64,000 nt of DNA from Clostridia bacterium (lineage in GTDB: Bacteria; Bacillota; Clostridia; Oscillospirales; CAG-382), in assembly GCA_017537345.1 (NCBI GenBank), contig JAFYKY010000012.1:134665-198664 (forward strand). Direction: 5' to 3'. The notes under the pieces are model-generated. The model saw only the letters and a program-made list of their open reading frames with translations, did no database searches and had not been told where the DNA came from. A program made the position numbers and the translations under genes. Positions 7,884-15,825 of this stretch are shown here, piece after piece; the stretch's first letter is position 1; every line of letters starts with the position of its first letter.

Positions 7884-7990
7884 TATTCACCCCACAAAAG
7901 GTTTTTTGGCGAGTAGGGGCGTTTCACGAAACGCCCGCAACAGACAAAACATATCACGAAAAAACGCTTTTGCGGGGACCCCGAAAATAT
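7884..7990 (+). repeat. composite element X: inverted H2 hairpin split by an insert carrying a REP variant
   Basis: H2 arms CCCCACAAAAGG (7890-7901) and GCTTTTGCGGGG (7966-7977). Inside is GTAG followed by GGGCGTTTC/GAAACGCCC (7913-7938). A ~90 percent identical copy lies in reverse orientation at 42020-42125. Confidence 0.85.
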
Positions 7991-8227
7991 CAAACAGACA
8001 GTGGGAGCGCGTTCATTCGGCGCAGAAGACACCCCACAAAACTTGCGTTTTGCGGGGACCCCGTGAACCAAAAACGCAAAAACACACTCAAATGTTTCGA
8101 AAACCGTAGGGGACGACGTCCTCGTCGTCCCGCACACCACAAAACATACGGTTTTGCAGGGAACCCCGAAAATATCAAACAGACAGTGGGAACGCATTTT
8201 AGGGGTGGGTTCCTCATTCCTCATTAA
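7991..8227. repeat. REP/H2 mosaic (BIME-like)
   Basis: REP GTAG GGGACGACG-tcct-CGTCGTCCC (8106-8133). Inverted H2 copies at 8032-8057 and 8134-8168. 28-nt direct repeat CCCCGAAAATATCAAACAGACAGTGGGA at 7979-8006 and 8164-8191. Terminal heptamers TTCCTCA TTCCTCA then TTAA (8210-8227). Confidence 0.85.
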
Positions 8228-8241
8228 AAACGGTGGTAAAT

Positions 8242-8706
8242 ATGGTAAAAAACATTTTAAAATATTCCCTGTTTGGATTGACGGCGTCTTTTGCTTTTGC
8301 GGCTTTTACGATCTATCTGCTTGAGCCGAGAGAAAAACTTATCTCGGAACTGCCTAGGTATTGGCAGGTCATCTGGTTGGTGTTGCTTAATATCGTGGGA
8401 ATCTTTTCTCATTTCGCCGCAAGATTTAGCATTCCCCTTGTTGCCCGCGTATCAAAAAAATACAAAAAAGCACCCGTTATATTTTTGGCGGTGTTTGTAG
8501 TTATCGTGTTTGTTCTTTCCGGCGGAAAATACGGCGCCAGACACGGAAGAGGACTGTTTTTTATAATGCACGAAACGGCGGGCATAACTTCGGTTGCCGC
8601 GCTTGATATTATTTTGTTTTTCTTCATAATGCTGATCTCATATTTCGTTATTTGTGTTGTTACGGAATTCAAAAAAACGGAAAAAACAAAAAATGACAAA
8701 CAATAA
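8242..8706 (+). CDS. small polytopic membrane protein (about 4 TM), function unknown
   Basis: ORF 8233-8706. ATG at 8242 is preferred (GGTGG 5 nt upstream). Hydrophobic helices throughout. The 3' end overlaps the RAYT start by 14 nt. Confidence 0.5.
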   Translation: MVKNILKYSLFGLTASFAFAAFTIYLLEPREKLISELPRYWQVIWLVLLNIVGIFSHFAARFSIPLVARVSKKYKKAPVIFLAVFVVIVFVLSGGKYGARHGRGLFFIMHETAGITSVAALDIILFFFIMLISYFVICVVTEFKKTEKTKNDKQ

Positions 8707-9370
8707 ACCACCCCTCCCCAAACGTAAAAACACCCGCTGGGACAAGCAGGACTACTCCCACCCCGGCGAATATATGATAACTGTCTGCACAAAGGATATG
8801 AAACAGATATTATCGAGAATAACCGCCGGTAACCCGCAAACCGTAGGGGACGATATCCCTATCGTCCCGCACCACGTAAACGCACAAACCGTAGGGGACG
8901 ACGTCCTCGTCGTTCCGCACCCCACAAAACCTGCGGTTTTGCAGGGAACCCCGACCGTCCCGCATATCGAACTCACATATTTCGGAAAAATTGCGGATAA
9001 ATATATAAACCAATTAAACGATTTCTACGATAACATCAACGTAATAAAATACGTTATAATGCCGAATCATATACATTTGCTGTTGCAGATACCGGACGGG
9101 ACGACGAGGACGTCGTCCCCTACGAAAACAACTGACGGAACTAAGTGCGAAATCACGCCGTCCCCTATGGGTGAGCGAACAGACGCACGACCCGTTGAAC
9201 ATTCGATAATATCGGATTTTATTTCAACTTTCAAACGTTTCGTTCACCGCGATATCGGCGAGCAGATTTTTCAGCGCTCATATCACGATCACGTTATACG
9301 GGACGAAAACGATATGATCGGGGCTATAAATTATATAGAAAATAATCCACACAGATGGATAGAAAATTAA
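8693..9370 (+). CDS. REP-associated tyrosine transposase (RAYT; IS200/IS605 TnpA-like Y1 HUH enzyme) with in-frame REP insertions
   Basis: Start at ATG 8693 (MTNNKPPLPKRKNTRWDKQDYSHPGEYMITVCTKD). HUH motif VIMPNHIHLLLQ. C-terminal QRSYHDHVIRDENDMIGAINYIENNPHRW. Segments VGDDIPIVP, VGDDVLVVPHPTKPAVLQGTP and GTTRTSSPT are translated repeat hairpins. Confidence 0.8.
   Translation: MTNNKPPLPKRKNTRWDKQDYSHPGEYMITVCTKDMKQILSRITAGNPQTVGDDIPIVPHHVNAQTVGDDVLVVPHPTKPAVLQGTPTVPHIELTYFGKIADKYINQLNDFYDNINVIKYVIMPNHIHLLLQIPDGTTRTSSPTKTTDGTKCEITPSPMGERTDARPVEHSIISDFISTFKRFVHRDIGEQIFQRSYHDHVIRDENDMIGAINYIENNPHRWIEN
8843..8963 (+). repeat. two tandem REPs plus inverted H2 module inside the RAYT coding frame
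   Basis: GTAG GGGACGATA-tccc-TATCGTCCC (8843-8870). GTAG GGGACGACG-tcct-CGTCGTTCC (8891-8918). CACCCCACAAAACCTGCGGTTTTGCAGGGAACCCCG (8918-8953). Partial stem ACCGTCCCGC (8954-8963). Confidence 0.85.
9096..9124 (-). repeat. inverted REP inside the RAYT coding frame
   Basis: GGGACGACG-agga-CGTCGTCCC followed by CTAC (9098-9123). 27 nt identical to the reverse complement of the intergenic REP at 8106-8133. Confidence 0.85.
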
Positions 9371-9372
9371 AT

Positions 9373-9520
9373 TGTGAAGAGAGAAAAGAGAAGAGTGGAA
9401 AGAAACGGAAGATTTTTGCGTAATACGCAAAAATCAACCATAATTCCCGGGGTTCCCCGAAAACGCTGTGCGTTTTTGGGGTGGGTCATTCATCATTCCT
9501 CATTCCTCGTTCCTCATTTA
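9373..9520 (+). repeat. modular repeat (purine heptamers + module A + H2 + pyrimidine heptamers)
   Basis: GTGAAGA GAGAAAA GAGAAGA GTGGAAA GAAACGG (9374-9408). GATTTTTGCG-taata-CGCAAAAATC then AACCAT. CCCCGAAAACGC-tgt-GCGTTTTTGGGG. TCATTCA TCATTCC TCATTCC TCGTTCC TCATTTA (9486-9520). Near-identical copy at 15653-15795. Confidence 0.85.
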
Positions 9521-9569
9521 TTACAGCCATTACATATCAAAAACATTTATTTAAATTTTAGGATATAAA

Positions 9570-10136
9570 ATGAAAAACATAAAAGAAAAATCCAAACGCC
9601 GTGCGCGGCGGATATGGATAACATTTGCATTTATATTCAGCTTTATAATGACCGCCCTTCTTTCGCTGCTTTCCGGCGAAGCGTTGGAGGATCTTCCCGT
9701 TTGGGCAGCGCTGGCGGTGCTGCTTATCTTTATTTTGCTGGGTATCGTGTTCGATATGATCGGTCTGGCGGTCACCACGGCGGATATTTCCGCCTTCAAC
9801 GCTATGGCGGCGAAAAAAGACCCCGTGGGCAAGCGGGCTGTATGGCTTATCGCCAATGCGGAAAAGGTATCCTCCTTTTGCAACGATATAGTGGGCGATA
9901 TCTGCGGCGTAGTTTCGGGCGCTTCGGCGGCGACCATTGCGGTGGTGCTGTTTTCGGGACTGAGCTATGAGCTTGCGTTCTGGCTCACCCTTTCTCTTAC
10001 CGCTCTGGTTTCCTCCGTCACTGTGGGAGGAAAGGCGCTGGGCAAGAAGGCGGGTATCGATAAAAACAGGGAAATAACCCTTTTATGCGCAAAAATATTA
10101 AGTGTTTTTTCGAAAAAACAAGGAAAGAAAAAGTAA
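9570..10136 (+). CDS. oapA: 4-TM membrane protein, probable OLE-associated protein A
   Basis: 188 aa (about 20 kDa). Basic N-terminus KEKSKRRARR, four hydrophobic helices, Lys-rich tail. Sits immediately upstream of dxs-tlyA-nadK-argR-recN, the position reported for oapA. Assignment is by synteny and architecture only. Confidence 0.5.
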   Translation: MKNIKEKSKRRARRIWITFAFIFSFIMTALLSLLSGEALEDLPVWAALAVLLIFILLGIVFDMIGLAVTTADISAFNAMAAKKDPVGKRAVWLIANAEKVSSFCNDIVGDICGVVSGASAATIAVVLFSGLSYELAFWLTLSLTALVSSVTVGGKALGKKAGIDKNREITLLCAKILSVFSKKQGKKK

Positions 10137-10142
10137 AAAAGT

Positions 10143-11975
10143 ATGATACTTGAAACGGTTTCCACACCGGCAGACGTAAAAAAACTGCCTCCCGAACAAT
10201 TAAAGATACTGGCGGCGGAAATTCGTTCCGAGCTTATAAACGTAACCGCCTCAAACGGCGGGCATCTTGCCTCCAATCTGGGGGTGGTAGAGCTTACCAT
10301 CGCTATTCACCGTGTGTTCGATTGCCCCGAGGACAGAATTATTTTCGACGTAAGCCACCAGAGCTACGTTCACAAAATGCTTACGGGCAGGCGTCAGTTT
10401 ATGCACACCCTCCGCAAATACGGAGGGCTTTCCGGCTTCCAGAAGCGTTCGGAAAGCAAAGCAGACCCTTTCGGTTCGGGTCATTCCTCCACATCTGTTT
10501 CCGCGGCGGCAGGCTTTGCGGCGGCGGATAAAATTGCGGGCAGAAAGAATATTACCGTTGCGGTCATCGGCGACGGTGCGCTTACGGGCGGTATGGCGTA
10601 CGAGGCTCTTAACAACTGCGCCTCCTACGATAATATGGTTATTATCCTTAACGATAACGGGATGTCCATTTCCCCCAACGTAGGCGCCACCTCAAAGCTT
10701 CTTTCCCGCATAAGAGTAAGTAAAAAATATTTCGGATTCAAGCGGCTTGTTTACAAAGCCTTTATGGCTGTGCCGGGTATCGGCAAGGGCTTGGTGAATA
10801 TGGCTGTGGGCTTTAAAAACTGGGCAAAGCGGCATCTTGTGCACGAAAACCTTTTCGAGCAGTTGGGAATGCACTACTTCGGCCCTCTTGACGGACACGA
10901 TATCTCCGCTATGGAGGACGTGTTGCGTGAAGCCAAGGCGGACGGCAAATGCTCGGTTGTCCACGTTTGCACCAAAAAGGGCAACGGCTACGCCCCTTCG
11001 GAGAAAAACCCCGCCTTTTTCCACGGCGTTTCCGGCTTTGACAGAGAGACCGGCGCGGTTAAAGAGGGAGAGGGCAAGAGCTATTCTTCCGTTTTCGGCG
11101 AAACTCTCACCCGCCTTGCGTTTGCGGATAAGCGTATATGCGCAGTTACCGCCGCAATGGAATACGGCACGGGACTTGCCCCCTTTGCAAAAGCCTTTCC
11201 CGATAGATTTTTCGACGTGGGCATAGCGGAAGAACACGCAATGACCTTTTCCGCAGGTCTGGCGGCAGGGGGAATGAAGCCGGTCTTCGCGGTGTATTCC
11301 ACCTTTTCCCAAAGAGCATACGACCAGCTTATACACGACGTGGCTTTGCAAAAGCTTCCCGTGGTCATCGCTATGGACAGAGCGGGTATCGTCGGCTCCG
11401 ACGGACCTACCCACCACGGTATGTTCGATATGTCGTATCTCAACGCAATACCCAATATTACGGTCTGGTCGCCCTATACCGAAACCGAACTCAAGGTGTG
11501 CTTAAAGCGGGCGCTGGATCTTGATACTCCCTCCGTGGTGCGCTACCCCAGAGGAAACGTGCCCGAAGGACAGTCTATGTCCGATATAGATTACGCCGTA
11601 ACCGATTTCGGTCAGAGCGAATTCATATATACCGTGCTTATAACCACGGGCAGTGAAACGGCAGAGGCTTACCGCGCTTGCGAAATAGCCCACGCCAACG
11701 GAACCAACGTGCGGCTTATCCGTCTTATACGGGTAAAGCCCCTGCCCGATATATCCCATCTCATTAAAAACGCCCGTGTTATCGTAACGGCAGAGGAGGG
11801 TATGGTAAAGGGCGGTATCGGCGAAGGTATCGCCGCTATGTGCGCAAGCAAGCAGCTCCGCGCCCGCGTTACCGTTTGCGGCGCAACCGATTTTTTGCCC
11901 CACGGCGATGGCGGCACTCTGCGCGCGATGGCGGGAATAGACTCTACCTCCCTTGCGCGTAAATTATGCGAATAG
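10143..11975 (+). CDS. dxs: 1-deoxy-D-xylulose-5-phosphate synthase
   Basis: 610 aa. GGHLASNLGVVELTIAIHRVF, DVSHQSYVHKMLTGR, GDGALTGGMAYEALN, DVGIAEEHA. Confidence 0.95.
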   Translation: MILETVSTPADVKKLPPEQLKILAAEIRSELINVTASNGGHLASNLGVVELTIAIHRVFDCPEDRIIFDVSHQSYVHKMLTGRRQFMHTLRKYGGLSGFQKRSESKADPFGSGHSSTSVSAAAGFAAADKIAGRKNITVAVIGDGALTGGMAYEALNNCASYDNMVIILNDNGMSISPNVGATSKLLSRIRVSKKYFGFKRLVYKAFMAVPGIGKGLVNMAVGFKNWAKRHLVHENLFEQLGMHYFGPLDGHDISAMEDVLREAKADGKCSVVHVCTKKGNGYAPSEKNPAFFHGVSGFDRETGAVKEGEGKSYSSVFGETLTRLAFADKRICAVTAAMEYGTGLAPFAKAFPDRFFDVGIAEEHAMTFSAGLAAGGMKPVFAVYSTFSQRAYDQLIHDVALQKLPVVIAMDRAGIVGSDGPTHHGMFDMSYLNAIPNITVWSPYTETELKVCLKRALDLDTPSVVRYPRGNVPEGQSMSDIDYAVTDFGQSEFIYTVLITTGSETAEAYRACEIAHANGTNVRLIRLIRVKPLPDISHLIKNARVIVTAEEGMVKGGIGEGIAAMCASKQLRARVTVCGATDFLPHGDGGTLRAMAGIDSTSLARKLCE

Positions 11976-12694
11976 ACGTGTTTTTGGCGGAAAAGGGCTT
12001 GGCGCCCAGCCGCAGTAAAGCAAAAGAATATATAGATTCCGGCAAGGTTTTTTTAAACGGCGCCCCCGTTAAAAAAGCGGGACTGGAGGTTACGGGGACA
12101 GAGGATATCCGTGTTATGGATGCGGATAAATTCGTTTCCCGCGCAGGCAGAAAATTGGAAGCCGCTTTGGATATTTTCGGTATCGACGTTACGGATCTAA
12201 GCGCACTTGACCTTGGTGCGTCCACCGGCGGATTTACCGATTGCCTCTTGCAGAGAGGGGCAAAAAGGGTTATCGCCCTTGACGTAGGCAGGGATCAGCT
12301 TGATAAAAGCTTAAGAGAGGATGAGCGTGTTTTCGTAATGGAAAACACCAACGCCCGTGATATTTTTCCCGAAGACCTGCCTTTTTTACCGGATATTATT
12401 ACCACAGACCTTTCCTTTATTTCCCAGACTCTTGTTTACCCCGCAGTTGCAAGGGTGCTTGAAAAAGGCTACTTTATATCCCTTGTAAAGCCCCAGTTCG
12501 AAGCGGGGAGAGAGAATATCGGCAAGGGGGGAATAGTTAAGGATAAAGACGGTAAGATAAAAAAAGCGGTGCTTGAAAAAATAGAAAAAGCCGCTTCCGA
12601 AAACGGACTCCTGCTTTTGAAAACCGCCCCTTCACCCATTGCGGGAGGGGACGGAAACACAGAATATCTGGCACTTTTTGAAAGGAGTGTTTAA
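11966..12694 (+). CDS. tlyA: TlyA-family rRNA 2'-O-methyltransferase (hemolysin A-like)
   Basis: 242 aa. N-terminal S4 domain MRIDVFLAEKGLAPSRSKAKEYI. SAM motif LDLGASTGGFTDCLLQRGA. Overlaps the dxs stop by 10 nt. Confidence 0.9.
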   Translation: MRIDVFLAEKGLAPSRSKAKEYIDSGKVFLNGAPVKKAGLEVTGTEDIRVMDADKFVSRAGRKLEAALDIFGIDVTDLSALDLGASTGGFTDCLLQRGAKRVIALDVGRDQLDKSLREDERVFVMENTNARDIFPEDLPFLPDIITTDLSFISQTLVYPAVARVLEKGYFISLVKPQFEAGRENIGKGGIVKDKDGKIKKAVLEKIEKAASENGLLLLKTAPSPIAGGDGNTEYLALFERSV

Positions 12695-13483
12695 ATGAAA
12701 CGCGTTCAGCTCCTTGTAAATACGTTAAAGCCGGAAGCTCAGTACACCGCTATGAAGGTTACCGATGCCTTGACGGAATACGGTATGACAGTTACCGATA
12801 AAAATCCCGAAGCCATTATATCTATCGGCGGGGACGGTACGGTGCTTCGCGCCGCATCCATTGCCGCAAGGGCGGATATCCCCATCGTGGGTATAAACTG
12901 CGGCACACTGGGATATCTGAACGATATCGAATCGGACGAGACCGAACTTTTACAAAAATTAAAAACAGACGATTATACAGTGGATAAGCTTATGCTTCTT
13001 GCCGTCACCCTTTACAGAAAGGACGGCAGGCAGGAGGAATTTTTGGTGCTTAACGAGGTGCTGTTCTCCCGCGGGGCATCCCCCCGTATAGCGGATATCC
13101 ACCTTTATTCCGATGGTGTCCACGTTTCCGATTATTCGGCAGACGGGCTCATCTTTTCCACCCCTACGGGAAGCACGGCGTATTCCCTTTCCGCAGGAGG
13201 ACCTATTATACATCCCAGTCTTGAATCCATTACCGTTACTCCCGTTTGCCCCCATCCCACCGCATCTACCCGTGCAATAGTTTTCCCTGCGGACAGTATG
13301 CTTATGGTGGCGGCAGAGGTAAGAGGGGGCGCAAGCGCCTGCATTACCGTGGATTCCGCGCCTCCCGTGGAGTTTTGCCCCGGTGATTATGCGGTTATCC
13401 GCAAGAGCGAGCGCCACACAAAAATAGCCCGTATCAAAAACCGTAATTTCTATTCGGTTGTCCATAAAAAATTTAACGTTTGA
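12695..13483 (+). CDS. nadK: NAD kinase
   Basis: 262 aa. GGDGTVLRAA, NCGTLGYL, STPTGSTAYSLSAGGPI. Confidence 0.9.
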   Translation: MKRVQLLVNTLKPEAQYTAMKVTDALTEYGMTVTDKNPEAIISIGGDGTVLRAASIAARADIPIVGINCGTLGYLNDIESDETELLQKLKTDDYTVDKLMLLAVTLYRKDGRQEEFLVLNEVLFSRGASPRIADIHLYSDGVHVSDYSADGLIFSTPTGSTAYSLSAGGPIIHPSLESITVTPVCPHPTASTRAIVFPADSMLMVAAEVRGGASACITVDSAPPVEFCPGDYAVIRKSERHTKIARIKNRNFYSVVHKKFNV

Positions 13484-13499
13484 AAGGAAGCGGAGTAAA

Positions 13500-13958
13500 A
13501 TGAAAATAAAAAGACAAACAAAAATAATGGAGCTTATAAAAACCCGGGACGTAGATACCCAGGAAGAGCTTTTGATGCTGCTTCGCGCCGCAGGATTTGA
13601 ATGTACCCAAGCTACCGTATCCAGAGATATACGTGAGCTTAAAATAGTAAAGGCTTCCAACGGAAAGGGCGGCTACCGCTACGTTTCCGCAACCCTGCCC
13701 ACCTCCGAGCATATCGCAACCAAGTTTGCAAAGATACTTGCAGACACGGTAAAGAGCGTGGATCAGGCAATGAATCTGGTAGTGCTCCGCACCTATATGG
13801 CAATGGCATCCGCCGCCTGCATCACTATCGACGCTATGAATTTTGAAGGTATCCTGGGCTCTATCGCAGGGGACGATACCATAGTTTTAATTACCAAAAA
13901 CGAGGAAGATGCTCACCGTATCTGCGTAAAGTTAAAGGAACAGATCGGCGCGGCGTAA
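13500..13958 (+). CDS. argR: arginine repressor
   Basis: ATG 13500 preferred (GGAAGCGGAG upstream). MKIKRQTKIMELIKTRDVDTQEELLMLLRAAGFECTQATVSRDIRELK. C-terminal GSIAGDDTI. Confidence 0.9.
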   Translation: MKIKRQTKIMELIKTRDVDTQEELLMLLRAAGFECTQATVSRDIRELKIVKASNGKGGYRYVSATLPTSEHIATKFAKILADTVKSVDQAMNLVVLRTYMAMASAACITIDAMNFEGILGSIAGDDTIVLITKNEEDAHRICVKLKEQIGAA

Positions 13959-13967
13959 AAAACAGAT

Positions 13968-15632
13968 ATGCTTTTTTCATTACATATCCGCTGTGTTGCA
14001 CTTATTAAAGAATTGGATATAGACCTTTCCGAGGGGCTTACCGTCTTTACGGGTGAAACGGGCGCAGGTAAAAGTATTATCATAGATTCAATAGCCCTGC
14101 TTTGCGGCGCACGGAGCGATAAAAGTATTATCCGCACCGGTGAAGACAGCGCCGAGGTGGAGGGTGTTTTCGGTATGCTTTCTTCCGATGTGCTAAAGGC
14201 GTTGGAAACCGAAGAGGTGTACCCCGATGAAGAGGGAAATCTGTTCCTTACCCGCCGCATTACCGCAGACGGCAGAAGCGTTTCCCGCATAAACGGCAGA
14301 GTTGTGCCCGTGGGCAAGCTCCGTGCAGTTTCCGCATATCTTCTGGATATTCACGGTCAGCAGGATACCACCCGTCTGGCAGACGAAAGCATTCATCCCG
14401 CCCTTTTGGATCTGTATGCGGATAACGGCAGGGAAAAGGAAGAATATTCGGCTGCCTACCGCGCCTACACCGCCTTGCGCAAGGAAAAGCAAGAGCTGGA
14501 AGACAGTATGAACAATACCGAGGAAAGAAAGGATTTTCTTTCCTACCGTCTTAAAGAGCTTCGCCGCGCAAAGATAAAAGCGGGTGAGCAGGAAGAGCTT
14601 ACCGCAAAACGAAACCTGCTTTTAAACCGCGAAAAGATAGTGGTTTCCGCAAGAAACGCTTATTACGCCCTGTATGAAAAAGACGAATCTGCTGCTTCTT
14701 TGATTTCCGAAGCGGAGAGCGCTCTGGACACCCTTTCGGATTACGTGCCCGAAGCAAAGGATTTAAAAAACCGTCTTGAAAGCGTGCGGTTGGAAATAGA
14801 AGATATTGCGGATACCGTTACTGCCTATACCGACGATCCGGACGGCGACCCCCAGTCCGCGCTGGATAATATAGAATCTCGCCTTTCTCTCATTTCCTCT
14901 CTGTGCCGTAAGTACCGTACCGACGAGGAGGGGCTTATAACTCTCCTTACAGAAACGGAAAACGAGCTTAATTCCATAGAAAACAGCGTGTTCCGCAAGG
15001 AAGATATAGAAAAAGAGCTTGCGGATGCGGAAAAACAAGCCTCCGCCCTTGGCGAAAAGCTGTATTCCACCCGCGCCCGCGCCGCAAAGGAAATGGAAAA
15101 GCAGATAAAGGATATCCTTTACGGCTTGGATATGCCGGGAGTCACCTTTGTGACCGAGTTTGAAAAAACTCCACTTTCCCCTTGGGGTACGGAAAAAGCA
15201 AGATTTTTAATATCTGCCAATGCAGGCGAAGAGCCCCGCCCCGTTGCCAAAATAGCATCGGGCGGTGAATGTGCCCGTATAATGCTGGCGGTAAAGAGCG
15301 TGCTGGCAAACGCAGAAAATATAAGCACTATGATATTCGACGAGGTGGACACGGGTATCTCGGGAGCTACCAGCTCCCGTATCGGTATGCGGCTCAAAGC
15401 GCTGGCGGGAACGGAAAAGCAGGTTATATGCGTTACCCATTCCGCACAGATAGCCGCTTTGGCAAAAAACCACCTGCTCATTTCAAAAAGCGCATCCTTC
15501 GGCAGGACCGAAACCCACGTACGCCCCCTTTCCGGCGAAGCCCGCGTGAAAGAGGTTGCACGTATAATGGGCGGTATCGATCCGGGCGAGGAAATAATAA
15601 ACGCTGCAAGAACAATGATAAAAAACCCGTGA
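13968..15632 (+). CDS. recN: DNA repair protein RecN
   Basis: 554 aa. LTVFTGETGAGKSIIIDS Walker A, coiled-coil middle, ASGGECARIMLA signature, MIFDEVDTGISG. Confidence 0.95.
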   Translation: MLFSLHIRCVALIKELDIDLSEGLTVFTGETGAGKSIIIDSIALLCGARSDKSIIRTGEDSAEVEGVFGMLSSDVLKALETEEVYPDEEGNLFLTRRITADGRSVSRINGRVVPVGKLRAVSAYLLDIHGQQDTTRLADESIHPALLDLYADNGREKEEYSAAYRAYTALRKEKQELEDSMNNTEERKDFLSYRLKELRRAKIKAGEQEELTAKRNLLLNREKIVVSARNAYYALYEKDESAASLISEAESALDTLSDYVPEAKDLKNRLESVRLEIEDIADTVTAYTDDPDGDPQSALDNIESRLSLISSLCRKYRTDEEGLITLLTETENELNSIENSVFRKEDIEKELADAEKQASALGEKLYSTRARAAKEMEKQIKDILYGLDMPGVTFVTEFEKTPLSPWGTEKARFLISANAGEEPRPVAKIASGGECARIMLAVKSVLANAENISTMIFDEVDTGISGATSSRIGMRLKALAGTEKQVICVTHSAQIAALAKNHLLISKSASFGRTETHVRPLSGEARVKEVARIMGGIDPGEEIINAARTMIKNP

Positions 15633-15650
15633 TACAATCACGGGTTTTTA
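15621..15650 (+). terminator. rho-independent terminator of recN
   Basis: CCCGTGA (15626-15632) tacaa TCACGGG (15638-15644) then TTTTT. Overlaps the recN stop codon. Confidence 0.75.
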
Positions 15651-15652
15651 TA

Positions 15653-15795
15653 GTGAAGAGAGAAAAGAGAAGAGTGAAAAGAAACGGAAGATTTTTGCGT
15701 ATTACGCAAAAATCAACCATCCCGGGGTTCCCCGCAAAACCGCAGGTTTTGTGGGGTGGGTCATTCATCATTCATCATTCCTCATTCCTCATTAA
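15653..15795 (+). repeat. modular repeat (same composite as 9373-9520)
   Basis: GTGAAGA GAGAAAA GAGAAGA GTGAAAA GAAACGG. GATTTTTGCG-tatta-CGCAAAAATC then AACCAT. CCCCGCAAAACC-gca-GGTTTTGTGGGG. TCATTCA x2, TCATTCC x2. Ends in TTAA (15792-15795). Confidence 0.85.
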
Positions 15796-15825
15796 AAAAC
15801 GCCGCCTTTTTGGCGGCGTTTTTTA
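15794..15825. terminator. bidirectional rho-independent terminator
   Basis: AAAAAACGCCGCC ttttt GGCGGCGTTTTTT. Serves the convergent minus-strand operon ending at 15823. Confidence 0.75.
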
